From the NCBI GenBank assembly GCA_963724295.1, contig CAVRUC010000013.1:352001-416000 (forward strand): a DNA stretch of 64,000 bases, written 5' to 3'. This document shows positions 9,890-20,876 of this stretch, in pieces; within the stretch, counting starts at the first letter, position 1; each line of letters begins with the position of its first letter. The position numbers and the translations under genes are program-made. The stretch comes from an uncultured Chloroflexia bacterium. Lineage in GTDB: Bacteria > Chloroflexota > Chloroflexia > Thermomicrobiales > UBA6265. The notes beneath the pieces were generated by a model, which made no database searches, had not been told where the DNA came from, and saw nothing but the letters and a program-made list of their open reading frames with translations.

Positions 9890-11233
9890 ATGGAAAGGCC
9901 GTCGCCCGTGACACCCGCGCCGCCCGTTCATCGCCTCTCGGTAACCTCTACCGGTCCGGGGCGCCGCAAGCTGCTGGAAGCCAGCATCGATACGCCGCGG
10001 GATGGCGGCACGAGCGGTGCCTGGGCAGTGCGCGTGCGCGGTCACCTCTTGAGCGAGGCCGGGCCCGTGCCGGAGATCACTGCCGTCGCTCCCGGCTCGG
10101 TACTAGCGAGGGCCATAACCGGACTTTCGACGCCAGAGGTCGCCGCGCGTTACCCGCAGGTGCCGGGGGCGGAGGCGTGCGGCTTCACGTTGCTGGTGGA
10201 CACGCTCGGTCTGCCACAGCGCTTCGAGTTCCGTCTGCGCGCGGCGCTGCCGGACGGCTCACGCGTGAAGTTCGCGGACATCAGCGGGGAGCGACGGCCG
10301 CTAACGACAGCGTACGCGCCGCGCTTGCAGCCGTTGCTGGTCACCTCGCTGGGGAGGATGGGCACGACCGTCCTGATGCGAATGCTCGCCGCGCATCCCG
10401 GGGTGGTCATCTACGACCGGCCGCCGTACGAGGTCCGCGCTGGCAAGTACTGGACGCACGTGCTGAAGACCCTGGCCGCGCCGACCGACGCCAGCAAGCG
10501 GGTCGGGGCGCCGATGGAGTTCCATCTCGAGCCGCTGGCCGCGGGCGGCAACCCCTTCTACTCCGCCGCGTTCGCGGCCTGGCCCGAGGTCGAGGCCTGG
10601 TCGGGCTCGACCTACGTCACGGACCTCGCCACATTCTGTCAGCGCAGCATCGATGGTTGGTATCTGGCTACCGCCGCGGCGCAGGGTGAGGGAGAAGACG
10701 CGCTGGTCTTCTTCGCCGAGAAGCACTTCCCTGATGCCTACCCGCGGCTGATGCGCGAGCTCTATCCCACGGCGCGGGAACTGTTCCTGGTCCGCGACTT
10801 CCGCGATATGGTGGCCTCGATGCGCGCCTACAACGCTCGCAAGGGATTTGGCGACTTCGGGCGGGAGACAGCCCAGAGCGACGCCGCCTGGCTGGCCAAT
10901 CTACGCCAGGGGGTCGTCGCCCTGCGCGATGCCTGGCGGGAGCGCGGCGACTCATCGATTCTGGTCCGCTACGAAGACCTCGTGCTCGACCCGCAAGCGA
11001 CACTGCCTCCGCTGCTGACCTCCATCGGGCTGGACACCGCGCCGGAGAGAGTGACCCACCTGATCGCCACCGCCACGGCGGACGTCCCCGAACTCCGCGG
11101 CCACGGCACGGCCGGCTCACCCGGCGCCTCAATTGGCCGCTGGCGCCACGATTTGCCACCCGAGCTGCAAGCGGCCGTCGCGGAGACGTTTGGCGATCTT
11201 CTCCAGGAGTTCGGCTACGCGTCGTCGGAATAG
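9890..11233 (+). CDS. Sulfotransferase family protein with N-terminal beta-rich extension
   Basis: PAPS loop GRMGTTVL, LVRDFRDMVAS, VRYEDLV, SIGRWR. Confidence 0.82.
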   Translation: MERPSPVTPAPPVHRLSVTSTGPGRRKLLEASIDTPRDGGTSGAWAVRVRGHLLSEAGPVPEITAVAPGSVLARAITGLSTPEVAARYPQVPGAEACGFTLLVDTLGLPQRFEFRLRAALPDGSRVKFADISGERRPLTTAYAPRLQPLLVTSLGRMGTTVLMRMLAAHPGVVIYDRPPYEVRAGKYWTHVLKTLAAPTDASKRVGAPMEFHLEPLAAGGNPFYSAAFAAWPEVEAWSGSTYVTDLATFCQRSIDGWYLATAAAQGEGEDALVFFAEKHFPDAYPRLMRELYPTARELFLVRDFRDMVASMRAYNARKGFGDFGRETAQSDAAWLANLRQGVVALRDAWRERGDSSILVRYEDLVLDPQATLPPLLTSIGLDTAPERVTHLIATATADVPELRGHGTAGSPGASIGRWRHDLPPELQAAVAETFGDLLQEFGYASSE

Positions 11234-11452
11234 TCGGCGCTCGCTCAGTGGCCGACCCTAGCCTCATGGAAACCAGTTTCATTGCGTTGGATAGGCGCGG
11301 GCAATGCCTTCAACTTGCAGTGCGTCGCCTTAACAGATGGCAGGCGCCACGGCACTTCAGAATCGCCTGACCATCGACGTAGACCGTGTTGCAAAACCGG
11401 GATTACAGCTAGTCACCCACACCAATGCCGCCGCTCCGTCCTGGTGCGCGGG

Positions 11453-12387
11453 CTAAGGCGCCGGGGCGAGGGCTTCCATCACGTCAACGGCGCGCTCCAT
11501 CTGGTCTGGCCCGACATCGAAGTTCGCCTCCAGGAAGAGTTCACCGACCCCGGCCTCGGCATACCGCTGCACATCCTCGCGGATCTCCGCCAGCGTGCCC
11601 CACAGCGGACGTCGCTCGCTGCCCCGCGACCGTGACTGGAGCCGGAATGAGCCACGACAGACGATCCGCAGCGTCTGGGGGTCCCGGCCGAGCGTCTGCC
11701 GCCGCCTCCGCGATCTGCTGGATCAGCGGCTGCACGCGATTGAGGGGCACATTGCCGCCGAGGAAGCCATCGCCCAAGGTTACGACGCGGTCAATCACTG
11801 TCTCGCCAAAGCCCCCAACCAGGATCGGCGGGTGCGGTTGCTGGAGAGGATGGGGTGCCACATGAGCGCGCGGAATATGGTAGAAGGCTCCCGGAAAACT
11901 CGACTGGATCCTCCGTCCAGATCGCCTTGAGGCAGCGCAGAAACTCGTCGGCGCGGCGGCCGCGCTGGCGAAAGGGCACACCGACGGCCTCGTACTCGTC
12001 TTCGGACCACCCGACACCCAGGCCAACATCCAGGCGGCCGCCCGAGACCAGGTCGAGGGTGGCTAGTTGCTTGGCGAGAAGAATCGGCGTGAAGTAGGGC
12101 ATGATCAGCACGGCCGTCCCGATGCGGATGGTCGTGGTCAGACCGGCAACGTAGGCGAGCGTCACCACGGGATCGACGACCCGCCCAAATGGCTTGGGCC
12201 ACGGCTGACCGGGCAGTGGAGGATAATCGCCCTTGGGCTGCACCGGATAGAGCAGCCGCTGCAGGACCCACAGCGAGTGGTAGCCGAGCGCTTCCGCTCG
12301 CTGCGCAATCTGCACTTGGTTCTGGGGCGTGGCCCACGCGCCCGCTACGGGGAGGGAGAACCCGAGCTGCATTGCGCCGAACTCCAT
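11453..12387 (-). CDS. LLM-class F420-dependent oxidoreductase (two apparent frameshifts)
   Basis: AEALGYHSLWV, LAKQLATLDLVSGGRLDVGLGVGW; continues as PHPPILVGG and ends ...EALAPAP* in other frames. Confidence 0.8.
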
Positions 12388-12394
12388 CGCTGCC

Positions 12395-13741
12395 TCAGCT
12401 CCCGCGCCGAATGCTCTGGTGGCTGAGGTAGGTATCACGCTCACCTCGTTCAAGACGTTGTTGATGTTGGTCAGGGCGTCTCCGCACCTGTGGCGCGACC
12501 TGGTTTCTTCCAGTTATCTGCGCACCCACATAGGCCGCATCCTCACCCACGCCGGTGAACAGGCCGGACTTCGCCGTGTGCAACCAGTCCAGCCCGAGGA
12601 TGAAGAGCCCCGGCACGCTCGTCACGCCGCGCCGCTGGACCGGGTACCCCTCCGCGTCGAGAACCGGCAACCGCACCCAGCTCAGGTCGGGCCGGTAGCC
12701 GGTGGCCCAGATAACGGTGCCGATCCCGGCCTGCGCTAGGTCCAACTCCGTCGGGGCTTGCTGGGCCAGCTCCACCGCCGATCTCCGCTCGGCGGGCTGC
12801 TCCGCCGCGGGCGCGTCCAGCCCCCGCTCGCGAATGTGCTCATCGATCGTCCGGAGGCGTACCCCCGCCTGCTCCTCGCCCCACTCGAGGATCTCGGCCA
12901 GGTCCGGGGCGAGGAAGAGTTTCCCGTCATGGATGCCGCGGAGGCGGCCCAGCAGCACCACGCCCTCCGCTGCCAACGTGTGCACGTTGAGATCCCGTCC
13001 GCCGCCGCTGCCGGTGAACTGCGGATTCGGCAGGCCAGCCCGGGCGCCGGGCGGGAGGCCGTCAACGGTGCGGTCGAACCAGCCGATGTCGCGCAGCCAG
13101 AGCGCGACGTCCCGGCCGCGATAGCGGCGCGGCGCCCACCAACTCCGGCCGCATGAGAGGTAGACCGGTCGCCCGGAGCGCCGCAGCTCCTCGGCGATCT
13201 GGCAGCCCGCCTGGCCGCTGCCGACCACCAACGCCGCACCGGGAGGCAGCTGTTGCGGGTTGCGGTAGGCGTAGGGGACGAGCTGCGCCACGTGGGCGGG
13301 CAGCTCCGCGGCATACGGCGGAATGAGGGGCCGCTGCAGCGCGCCGGTGGCGATGACGACCTGGGCTGCGTCGTAGGTCACGTCGTCGGTCCGTACGAGG
13401 AAACCAGCGCCATCCGGGCCGGGCTCCAGCGCAGTCACCCGCACCCCCTCGCGCACCGGCGCGCCGAACGAGCGGGCGTAGGCCTCCAGGTGGCCTACCA
13501 CCTCGTCCTTGCCCATGAAGCCGTCGGGGTCGTCGCCTGCGTAGGGGAATCCCGGGAGTGCCATCGTCCGGTTCGGACTGACCAGACACAGCGAGTCCCA
13601 CCGCTGGCTGCGCCAGCTCTCGGCGATGCGGCCTTGCTCGAGCACGACGTGGGGTCGACCCTGTTCAGTCAGGTAGTAGCTCATGGCCAGCCCGGCCTGG
13701 CCACCGCCGATGATGACGATCTCCATCTGCTCAATGCTCAT
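12395..13741 (-). CDS. Flavin-containing monooxygenase (NAD(P)/FAD-dependent)
   Basis: GGGQAG, WRSQRWDSL, VVGSGQAG, VIWATGYRPD. Confidence 0.9.
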   Translation of the reverse strand: MSIEQMEIVIIGGGQAGLAMSYYLTEQGRPHVVLEQGRIAESWRSQRWDSLCLVSPNRTMALPGFPYAGDDPDGFMGKDEVVGHLEAYARSFGAPVREGVRVTALEPGPDGAGFLVRTDDVTYDAAQVVIATGALQRPLIPPYAAELPAHVAQLVPYAYRNPQQLPPGAALVVGSGQAGCQIAEELRRSGRPVYLSCGRSWWAPRRYRGRDVALWLRDIGWFDRTVDGLPPGARAGLPNPQFTGSGGGRDLNVHTLAAEGVVLLGRLRGIHDGKLFLAPDLAEILEWGEEQAGVRLRTIDEHIRERGLDAPAAEQPAERRSAVELAQQAPTELDLAQAGIGTVIWATGYRPDLSWVRLPVLDAEGYPVQRRGVTSVPGLFILGLDWLHTAKSGLFTGVGEDAAYVGAQITGRNQVAPQVRRRPDQHQQRLERGERDTYLSHQSIRRGS

Positions 13742-13995
13742 GGGGATCCTCGCTTTCGCTGGGACGGCAATGCTGGATCGGACAGCGCGACACGTAGGAA
13801 CGGGGAGAGCGGTATGTGAAACCGGTTCATGGAACATCCCTCCTGGGACTCGGCCAGCCGCGTGCTGTGCCGGGGTCCGGAGGGGCGTTATGCCGGTTGA
13901 CGTCCGAACCCACTCTCCACTCTAGCGAGCGACCAACTGCGTTCAAGTCCGATTATTGGACCGAGTTGGTCACTGTCTCGTGCGATACTCTTGCC

Positions 13996-14685
13996 ATGCG
14001 CGGGTACGGGCAGTTCTGCCCCATTGCTTTGGCCTCGGAAATTTTCGCGGAGCGTTGGACCCCCCTCGTCGTCCGCGAACTCTTTTGCGGCAGCCACCAT
14101 TTCAACGAGCTGCTCCACGGCCTGCCGCGCATTCCCCGGTCGATCCTGGTGCAACGCCTTCGCGTCCTCGAGGGCGCGGGCGTGGTTGAGCGCCGCGTTG
14201 ATGCGGGAGGTCGCGGCGTGGAATACCATCTGACGGCGATTGGGGTGGAGCTTGGTGATGTCGTGCTGCGGCTTGGAGATTGGGGCAAGCGCTGGGCCGA
14301 CACCGAGATCGCACCCGGCAATCTCAACCCCGATCTGCTGATCTGGGACATTCATCGCCGTTTGAACAGCGAACACATGCCGGAGCAGCGGGTCGTAGTC
14401 CAGATCGGTCTCCACGGCGCCAACCTGAAGAACTACTGGATGGTGGTGGAGCGTCCGGTGGTCTCGGTCTGCTGGACCGATCCTGGATTTGCGGTCGATC
14501 TCCGAGTTCAGGCCGACTCCGTTGCCTTGCACCGCGTCTGGGAAGGGCAGCTTGAGCTCGCTTTGGCGTTGCAACAGGGGCTGATCGCATTGGAAGGTCC
14601 GCCCGACCTGTGCCGCGCGTTCCCGCGATGGCTCAAGCTAAGTCATTTCGTCGAGCGCGCCCGGGATGCCGCGGTGTCAGGGTGA
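13996..14685 (+). CDS. HxlR-family winged-helix regulator with C-terminal SCP2-like domain
   Basis: YGQFCPIALASEIFAERWT...EYHLT; divergent from the monooxygenase. Confidence 0.9.
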   Translation: MRGYGQFCPIALASEIFAERWTPLVVRELFCGSHHFNELLHGLPRIPRSILVQRLRVLEGAGVVERRVDAGGRGVEYHLTAIGVELGDVVLRLGDWGKRWADTEIAPGNLNPDLLIWDIHRRLNSEHMPEQRVVVQIGLHGANLKNYWMVVERPVVSVCWTDPGFAVDLRVQADSVALHRVWEGQLELALALQQGLIALEGPPDLCRAFPRWLKLSHFVERARDAAVSG

Positions 14686-14950
14686 CGCGGTTGTAAGGGA
14701 CGGCGCGTTGCGGGTAACCCGCGCACACACGCATGGCGCTTTCATCACTCACGACTCATTACCCCTTATCACCCTCGCGAGAACGTCTCGTGCCTGCGCC
14801 TTGTCGATCTGCATCTGGGCAATGAGGTCTTTACACGGAAGGCGCGCAGGGTTTCCACGTCTTGAGTGGGCATACTGCCCAGCTTGCCAGAACGACCGGC
14901 GGACGGCCAACATTACCGACTGTCGTGCCGTCTCGGGCTAAATCACAAGC

Positions 14951-15343
14951 TCAGCCTGCGACCGGTGTGCAGATCTCGACGAGCATCCCCTCCGGATCAC
15001 GCACGTAGGCGACAGTTTGACCCCACGGTTTGGTCGTCGGCGGGGAGACGACGATCGCTCCGGCCGATAGCGCGGTATCCCAGGCCGCGGCAACATCGTC
15101 CGTGACGAAGCCGATCTCGACGCCGACCGGTGGCTCCGCCGGGTCATTGCGGCGGTACCCGCCGGGGATGAACTCGCCAACCAGGCTGTGCCTGGCAAAT
15201 GAGAGCGTGGTGTCGCCGGTCTCCATCTCGCCATAGGTTGCGTCGTCGGCAACGAAGCGGCGAGTGAGCCCGAAGGCGCGCTCGTAGAAGTCGATCGCCC
15301 GTTCGACATCGTCGACGTAGAGAATCGTGTATCCGAACCGCAT
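14951..15343 (-). CDS. VOC/glyoxalase family protein
   Basis: ILYVDDVERAIDFYERAFG...KPWGQTVAYVRDPEG. Confidence 0.92.
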   Translation of the reverse strand: MRFGYTILYVDDVERAIDFYERAFGLTRRFVADDATYGEMETGDTTLSFARHSLVGEFIPGGYRRNDPAEPPVGVEIGFVTDDVAAAWDTALSAGAIVVSPPTTKPWGQTVAYVRDPEGMLVEICTPVAG

Positions 15344-15555
15344 GCTCTGTCCTCCGAACATCTGTGCGAGACAACCGCCGTACTCTACCCGATAACAACT
15401 GCTCATTTGGCGACGATATTCCCGCATGACCTGACTTGCGGCGCCGCTTGGAGGCCTCAGTCACTGGGCCAACGGGCGGTATCGGCTGCCCGGATATCCC
15501 ATCACGCGTACTATTGCCCGTCGATGCCGGTGCGAAGCGCATCAGATCCATCAAG

Positions 15556-18270
15556 ATGGAGAAGCCCAGGCCTGTGAAGGGACGGATCGAGCGGCCGGCT
15601 TGGCTCCGCTATGGCGCCGCGATGCTGCTCGTCGCGCTTGCCAGCGTATCGACGAACGCCCTGCAGCAGTGGCTCTGGCCGACCCCGCTCGCCGCGTTCT
15701 ATATCGTCATCGTGCTTGCAGTCTGGTATGGCGGCCTCGGTCCCGCCCTGCTCGCTCTCGGGTTGTCCCTACCGGCAATCGCCGTCTGGGCATTCCAGCC
15801 GGTAACGGTCTGGTCCCTCGGTTGGAGCGAGGTGAGTCGCCTCCTCACCTTTGTCATTGTTTCCTTGCTGATCACCGCACTCAGCGTCAGCCGGGACCGC
15901 GCCGAGGACGCGCTACGAGGGAGCGAGCGCCGCTTCCGCACCATTCTGGAGACCGCCAATGAGGGCATCTGGTTGATCGGTCATGATGCGCGCACGCATT
16001 ACGCCAACGACCGGATGGCCACGCTGCTGGGCACCACGCCCGAGCGCATCGCCGCGGCCACGCTCCTCGACTTCGTCTTTCCCGAGGACGTGCCGGCCGC
16101 GCGGGAATGGATCGACAACAACCTCGCCGGACGGTCGGAGGAGTTCGACTTCCGGTTCCGCCGCGCCGACGGCGAGGAAGTGCTTGTCGTCGCCGGCACG
16201 AGTCCCGTGCGTGACGGTTCGGGCCGGGTCGCCGCTGCGCTTGGTCTCTTCACCGACGTCACGGCGCGCCGCGAGGCCGAAGCCGCGCTGACCCGCGCCA
16301 ACGAGCGCTTCGCTCTGGCCGCCGACGCCGTGCAGGCGCTCATTTACGAATGGGATCCAGCGACAGGAAAGGTGGAGCGCAGCTCCGGCCTGTTCCCCCT
16401 TCTGGGCTATCGCCCGGACGAGGTTCCCGCCGACAAGGAGTGGTGGGAAAAGCAAATCCATCCCGAAGATCGGGAGCGCGTCACGGCCCGGACGGTGGAC
16501 GACGCAGAGAGCGAGCGGTACTCGTCCGAATACCGAGTGATGCATCGAGACGGCCGCTGGATCACGGTCTGGGATCAGGGCCGGATGGTACACGGTGAGA
16601 ACGGCGAAGTCACGCGCGTGATTGGCAGCACGATCGACATTACCGCACGCGCGGAAGCGGAAGATGCCCTGCGCCTGCTGGACGAGGCGGGACGGGCGTT
16701 GGCCTCGTCGCTCGATTACGAGCAGACCTTGCAGCGAGTAGCCTGGTTGGCGGTGCCGGAGTTTGCGGATTGGTGTGTGGTCGACCTCCTCGATGAGGAG
16801 GGCGTTGTCCGCCGCGTCGCCGTGGCGCATGCTGATCCCCACCAAGCGGCATTGGCGACAACGCTTTTGCGGTACTCACCGTCCTTGCACAGCGACGGAC
16901 CACAAGAACAGGTTATTCGGACCGGTTCCTCGCTATGGCTGGAGACAGTCACCGGCGAGCTCATCGAGTCCGCCGCTCAGAGTGCCGAGCACCTCGAGGT
17001 TCTCCGTTCCATCGATGTCTGTTCAGCGATCGTCGCGCCATTGTCGGCGGGAGGCGCGGTCCATGGAGCGTTGACGCTCTTCACGACGGCGATCTCGCAT
17101 CGCCGTTTCGACGCAGACGACCGTGCGCTGGCCGAGCAGCTTGCCCGCCGCTCGGCGGTGGCCATCCAGAACGCGCGGCTCTACCGCAATGCGCAAGCCG
17201 CCGAGGCGCGCTATCGTGGACTCTTCGAAGGCACCAAAGACGGCATTATCGTGTTCGACCCGAACGGCACGTGTGTCGACGTCAACCCGGCAATGCTGAC
17301 GATGGTCGGGTATGACCGGCCGGAACTGGTTGGTCGCGCGGCGACGCTCGTGGCTTGCGGGGGGCCATGGGCCGGCGAGGAAGGCGAGCGGCTGCGGCGC
17401 GACGGGCAATGGCGCGGGGATTTCGAGCTGCGGCGCAAGAACGGAGCGCTGGTGCCGGTCGAATCGTCGATCACGTCGGTGCAGCTTCCCACTGGGTCGG
17501 TCTATGTCGGCGTCCTGCGCGACGTCTCCGAGCGGAGGCGATTCGAACAGCTTCAGGAGGAGTTCCTCTCCGCTCTGGCCCATGACCTGATGAATCCCTT
17601 GACCACCGTGCGCGGTCAGACGCAGATCCTGCGCCGGCGGATCGGTCGCGGTGAACCTCTCGACGAGGGGCGCCTCAGTGCCGGGCTAGAGAGCATCGAT
17701 ATCGCCTCGACGCGCATGACCCGGCTGCTCGACGAGCTAGCGGACGTGATGCGCTTGCGGTCCGGACACGAGATCGATCTGCACCGGGAATCAACCGATC
17801 TGGTAGCGCTGACGCGGCGGACCGCCACGGAGCAAGACCGGATCACGGAGCGACATACCATTCACCTCGAATCCGCGGTGGACGAGTTGACCGGGTTCTG
17901 GGATGGCCCCCGCCTGGAGCGGGTCCTGGGCAACCTGCTGGGCAATGCCATCAAGTACAGCCCGGATGGCGGCGAGATTACCGTCCGTATCGAGTGCGAA
18001 GGGAATGACGATGCCGGGGTGGCCGTCCTCAGCGTCGAGGATCGCGGTGTGGGCATTCCGGCGGGGGATCTGAGTCACATCTTCGAGCCGTTCCGGCGTG
18101 CCGGGAACGTCGAGAGCTTTGCCGGCAGCGGCATCGGCCTGGCGGGGGCCAAGCGGATCGTCGAGCTCCACGGCGGGACCATCGCGGTCAAGAGCAGTGA
18201 GGGGCAGGGAAGCACATTTACGGTTCGCCTCCCCATCGCCGCGGATGATCAGGTGCGCAACATCCGGTAG
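15556..18270 (+). CDS. Membrane sensor histidine kinase (DUF4118-type TM region, 3 PAS, GAF, HisKA, HATPase)
   Basis: LAHDLMNPLT H-box, NLLGNAIKYS N-box, DRGVGI, GSGIGL; no cognate response regulator in window. Confidence 0.93.
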   Translation: MEKPRPVKGRIERPAWLRYGAAMLLVALASVSTNALQQWLWPTPLAAFYIVIVLAVWYGGLGPALLALGLSLPAIAVWAFQPVTVWSLGWSEVSRLLTFVIVSLLITALSVSRDRAEDALRGSERRFRTILETANEGIWLIGHDARTHYANDRMATLLGTTPERIAAATLLDFVFPEDVPAAREWIDNNLAGRSEEFDFRFRRADGEEVLVVAGTSPVRDGSGRVAAALGLFTDVTARREAEAALTRANERFALAADAVQALIYEWDPATGKVERSSGLFPLLGYRPDEVPADKEWWEKQIHPEDRERVTARTVDDAESERYSSEYRVMHRDGRWITVWDQGRMVHGENGEVTRVIGSTIDITARAEAEDALRLLDEAGRALASSLDYEQTLQRVAWLAVPEFADWCVVDLLDEEGVVRRVAVAHADPHQAALATTLLRYSPSLHSDGPQEQVIRTGSSLWLETVTGELIESAAQSAEHLEVLRSIDVCSAIVAPLSAGGAVHGALTLFTTAISHRRFDADDRALAEQLARRSAVAIQNARLYRNAQAAEARYRGLFEGTKDGIIVFDPNGTCVDVNPAMLTMVGYDRPELVGRAATLVACGGPWAGEEGERLRRDGQWRGDFELRRKNGALVPVESSITSVQLPTGSVYVGVLRDVSERRRFEQLQEEFLSALAHDLMNPLTTVRGQTQILRRRIGRGEPLDEGRLSAGLESIDIASTRMTRLLDELADVMRLRSGHEIDLHRESTDLVALTRRTATEQDRITERHTIHLESAVDELTGFWDGPRLERVLGNLLGNAIKYSPDGGEITVRIECEGNDDAGVAVLSVEDRGVGIPAGDLSHIFEPFRRAGNVESFAGSGIGLAGAKRIVELHGGTIAVKSSEGQGSTFTVRLPIAADDQVRNIR

Positions 18271-19523
18271 TGGCGGGCGATGAGCCCGATGCCGACCAGC
18301 GCCAGGGCGCAGGCGCCGGCGGTGGCCAGCGGCGCGCCGATCCGCTCGGCTATCACGCCGACGGCCAGTTGCCCGAAGGGAAGCATGCCCCAGGTGGCCA
18401 GGTAGATCGAAAGCACCCGTCCCCGCACGTCATCGTCGACCCGCAGCTGCAATGCCGTCTGGGCCAGCGCCATGAAGGCAGCGCTCATGCCTCCGGCCGC
18501 GAACAGCAGTAACACCACCAGAGGAAGGTTCGACGTCAACGCGAAGACCAGCACCAGCGCGGTAAACGTGGCGGCAGTCACCACCTGGGCACGAGACCAC
18601 GATCCGAGTCTGCGCGAAGCCGCAACGGCGAGCGCGCCGGCGACCGTCCCCAGGCCAGTGCTGGCCAGCAGCAGCCCCAGCCCTGCCGAGCCAATGCCCA
18701 ACACATCCCGGGCGAAGACCGGCATCATCGTGATGTACGGCATCACCAGGACGTTGGTCGTGACCGCCAACAAGATCAAGCTGGAGAGGAACGCGTCCCG
18801 GGCCACGATGCGCAACCCGAGCGTCAAGCTGGCCCACACCGACCCGCCGCGGGCGGTTCTCGCCGGTGAGCCGGCCGGCAGCTGGAGGGTCGTCGCGAGG
18901 GCCAGAATCTGCAGCACGGCCGCCACCGCGAACGTGCCCGCGATGCCGATGACGGCGATCAACACCCCGGCCAGGGCCGGTCCGGTCACACGGCAGGCAT
19001 TCTGGACCGCGGCATTGAGCGCCACGGCGTTGGCAAGATCGCCGCGATCGACAAGCATCGTCACGATGGTGGTACGAGTCGGGAAGATGAACGACATGGC
19101 CGTGCCGTAGGCGGCCACCAGCACCAGGGTCGACCACGGCGCGATCGCGCCCGTGCCGACCAGCAGCGCGAACACCGCCGCGAGCGCCATCACGGCGAAC
19201 TGGGCCACCAGAAGGACCGTGCGCCGGTTATAGCGATCGATCATCACGCCGGCTGGCAAGGAAACCACGAGCAGGGGTATGCCGCCGACAAAGCCCGTCA
19301 ATCCCACGAACAGGGGGGAGTCCATCAACTGCAGAGCAAGCCAACCGACACAGACCTGGTACATCCAGAAGGCGGAGTTCGTGGCCAGCGTTCCCAGCAT
19401 CAGCATCCGGAACGCGGGGTACATTCGCAACGAGTGCGACACGCCGCCCGAGTCCGGGGAAGGGGTCATCTCCGGCAGGGAGCGACGCCTCACCGGGATT
19501 CGATCCAGTACCTGGTTCCCCAT
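18249..19523 (-). CDS. MFS transporter
   Basis: 12-TM pattern; GVMIDRYNRR motif A. Confidence 0.9.
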   Translation of the reverse strand: MGNQVLDRIPVRRRSLPEMTPSPDSGGVSHSLRMYPAFRMLMLGTLATNSAFWMYQVCVGWLALQLMDSPLFVGLTGFVGGIPLLVVSLPAGVMIDRYNRRTVLLVAQFAVMALAAVFALLVGTGAIAPWSTLVLVAAYGTAMSFIFPTRTTIVTMLVDRGDLANAVALNAAVQNACRVTGPALAGVLIAVIGIAGTFAVAAVLQILALATTLQLPAGSPARTARGGSVWASLTLGLRIVARDAFLSSLILLAVTTNVLVMPYITMMPVFARDVLGIGSAGLGLLLASTGLGTVAGALAVAASRRLGSWSRAQVVTAATFTALVLVFALTSNLPLVVLLLFAAGGMSAAFMALAQTALQLRVDDDVRGRVLSIYLATWGMLPFGQLAVGVIAERIGAPLATAGACALALVGIGLIARHYRMLRT

Positions 19524-19587
19524 GAATCCTTTGCCCGCTCCCAGGATCACGTGCTCTCGTATCGTGAAGCTCAGATCACCCGATGGC

Positions 19588-20665
19588 TCACGCCGGGCGG
19601 CTGTCCCAACGGAAGAAGCGTACCGAGATTGCCATGGCGATGATGAAAGTGAGCATCAAGCGCGAGGAGATCCAGCCAGATCGCGCTGAAGCCGTTGCCA
19701 AACGCCATCGGCTCGCGCAGCGCGTCGACCAGGTAGGGCAGCGGCAGCACCTTCGTGATCGGACGCAGCCAGGCAGGCGCATTCTCCATACTGAAGAAGA
19801 TGCCCGACAGAAAGAGCATGGGGAAGGTGACGAGGTTGGCGTAGCTCGCCGCGGTCTCGGTGTTCGGCGCGATCCCGGAGATGGCAAACCCGATTGCCAG
19901 GAACGCCAACGCTCCGGCGGCGATGGCCACCAGCAGCACCAGGGGATTCCCGCGCAGATGGAGTCCGAAGAACGCCCACGCCATTCCGATCAGGATCACC
20001 GCCTGGAGTCCAGCCACCAGCAGCTGCGAGATGATCCGCGCCAGGATGAACGAGGTGAGCGGGAACGGCGTAACCCGGACGCGACGCAGGATACCGCGCT
20101 CGCGATAGGTGACGAACGCGGTCGCCAGCCCGATCACGCCGGAGTTCATCAGGCTCATGGCCAGGATACCGGGCACGAAGACGTCCATGAACGAGACATC
20201 CTGGGCCGTGACCGCTCGTTCCTCGATCGACACCGGGGGCGGACCACCCGCCACGTCGATCAACGTCTGGCGGACCGCCCCGACCGCCACCTGCGAGATC
20301 GGCCCCTCCGTCGCGTTGTAATAGAGGATCACCGCCGGCAGGTCCTCGGCGCTCCCGCCCGTCTCAGCGGCGAAGACCGCCACCACACCGCGGTCCCCGT
20401 CCGCGAGCGCCTGCAGCTCATCCGCCTCGTCGCCGAGTGAGACCGTGAAGCTGGGATTGGACTGCAAGGCGGCAACCACCGCGTCGCGGTAGGCCGACTC
20501 CGGACCCGCTACGCCGACGTCGAACTCGACCGTCGGGCCACGGCCGAAGACGACGCCGAAGATGACGATGAAGAGAGCCGGGAAGGCAAGATTCCAGAAG
20601 AGCGCCGCGCGGTTGCGCAGGCTCATCTTCAGGTTGGCGCGGACCATGGCGAGAAGAGCGGTCAT
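19588..20665 (-). CDS. ABC-2 type export permease (probable frameshift near C-terminus)
   Basis: RERGILRRVRVTP, FPMLFLSGIFF. Confidence 0.88.
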
Positions 20666-20669
20666 GACG

Positions 20670-20876
20670 GGGTCGGAAGTCGGAAGTCGGAAGTCGGAAG
20701 TGAGCCGGCGAGACGGCAAGACGGCTGCAAGAAGACGGCAAGTACGAGCGTCGTCGAGGAGGCGAGGAGGCGAGGAGGCGAGAAGTAACCTCGTCGCTCT
20801 CCTTCACCCCCTGAGGCGGTGAAACCGCCGCCACCCCCTGAGCGAAGCGGCACCCCCTGAGCGAAGTGGCACCCCC
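20670..20876. repeat. Composite intergenic short tandem repeat block
   Basis: (GTCGGAA)x4, degenerate GACGGCAA, (GAGGAGGC)x3, CACCCCCTGAG x3. Confidence 0.85.

Noticed and set aside
20805..20876. Mini CRISPR array (CACCCCCTGAG repeated three times)
   Set aside because: Units are ~11 nt with short, similar spacers; no cas genes
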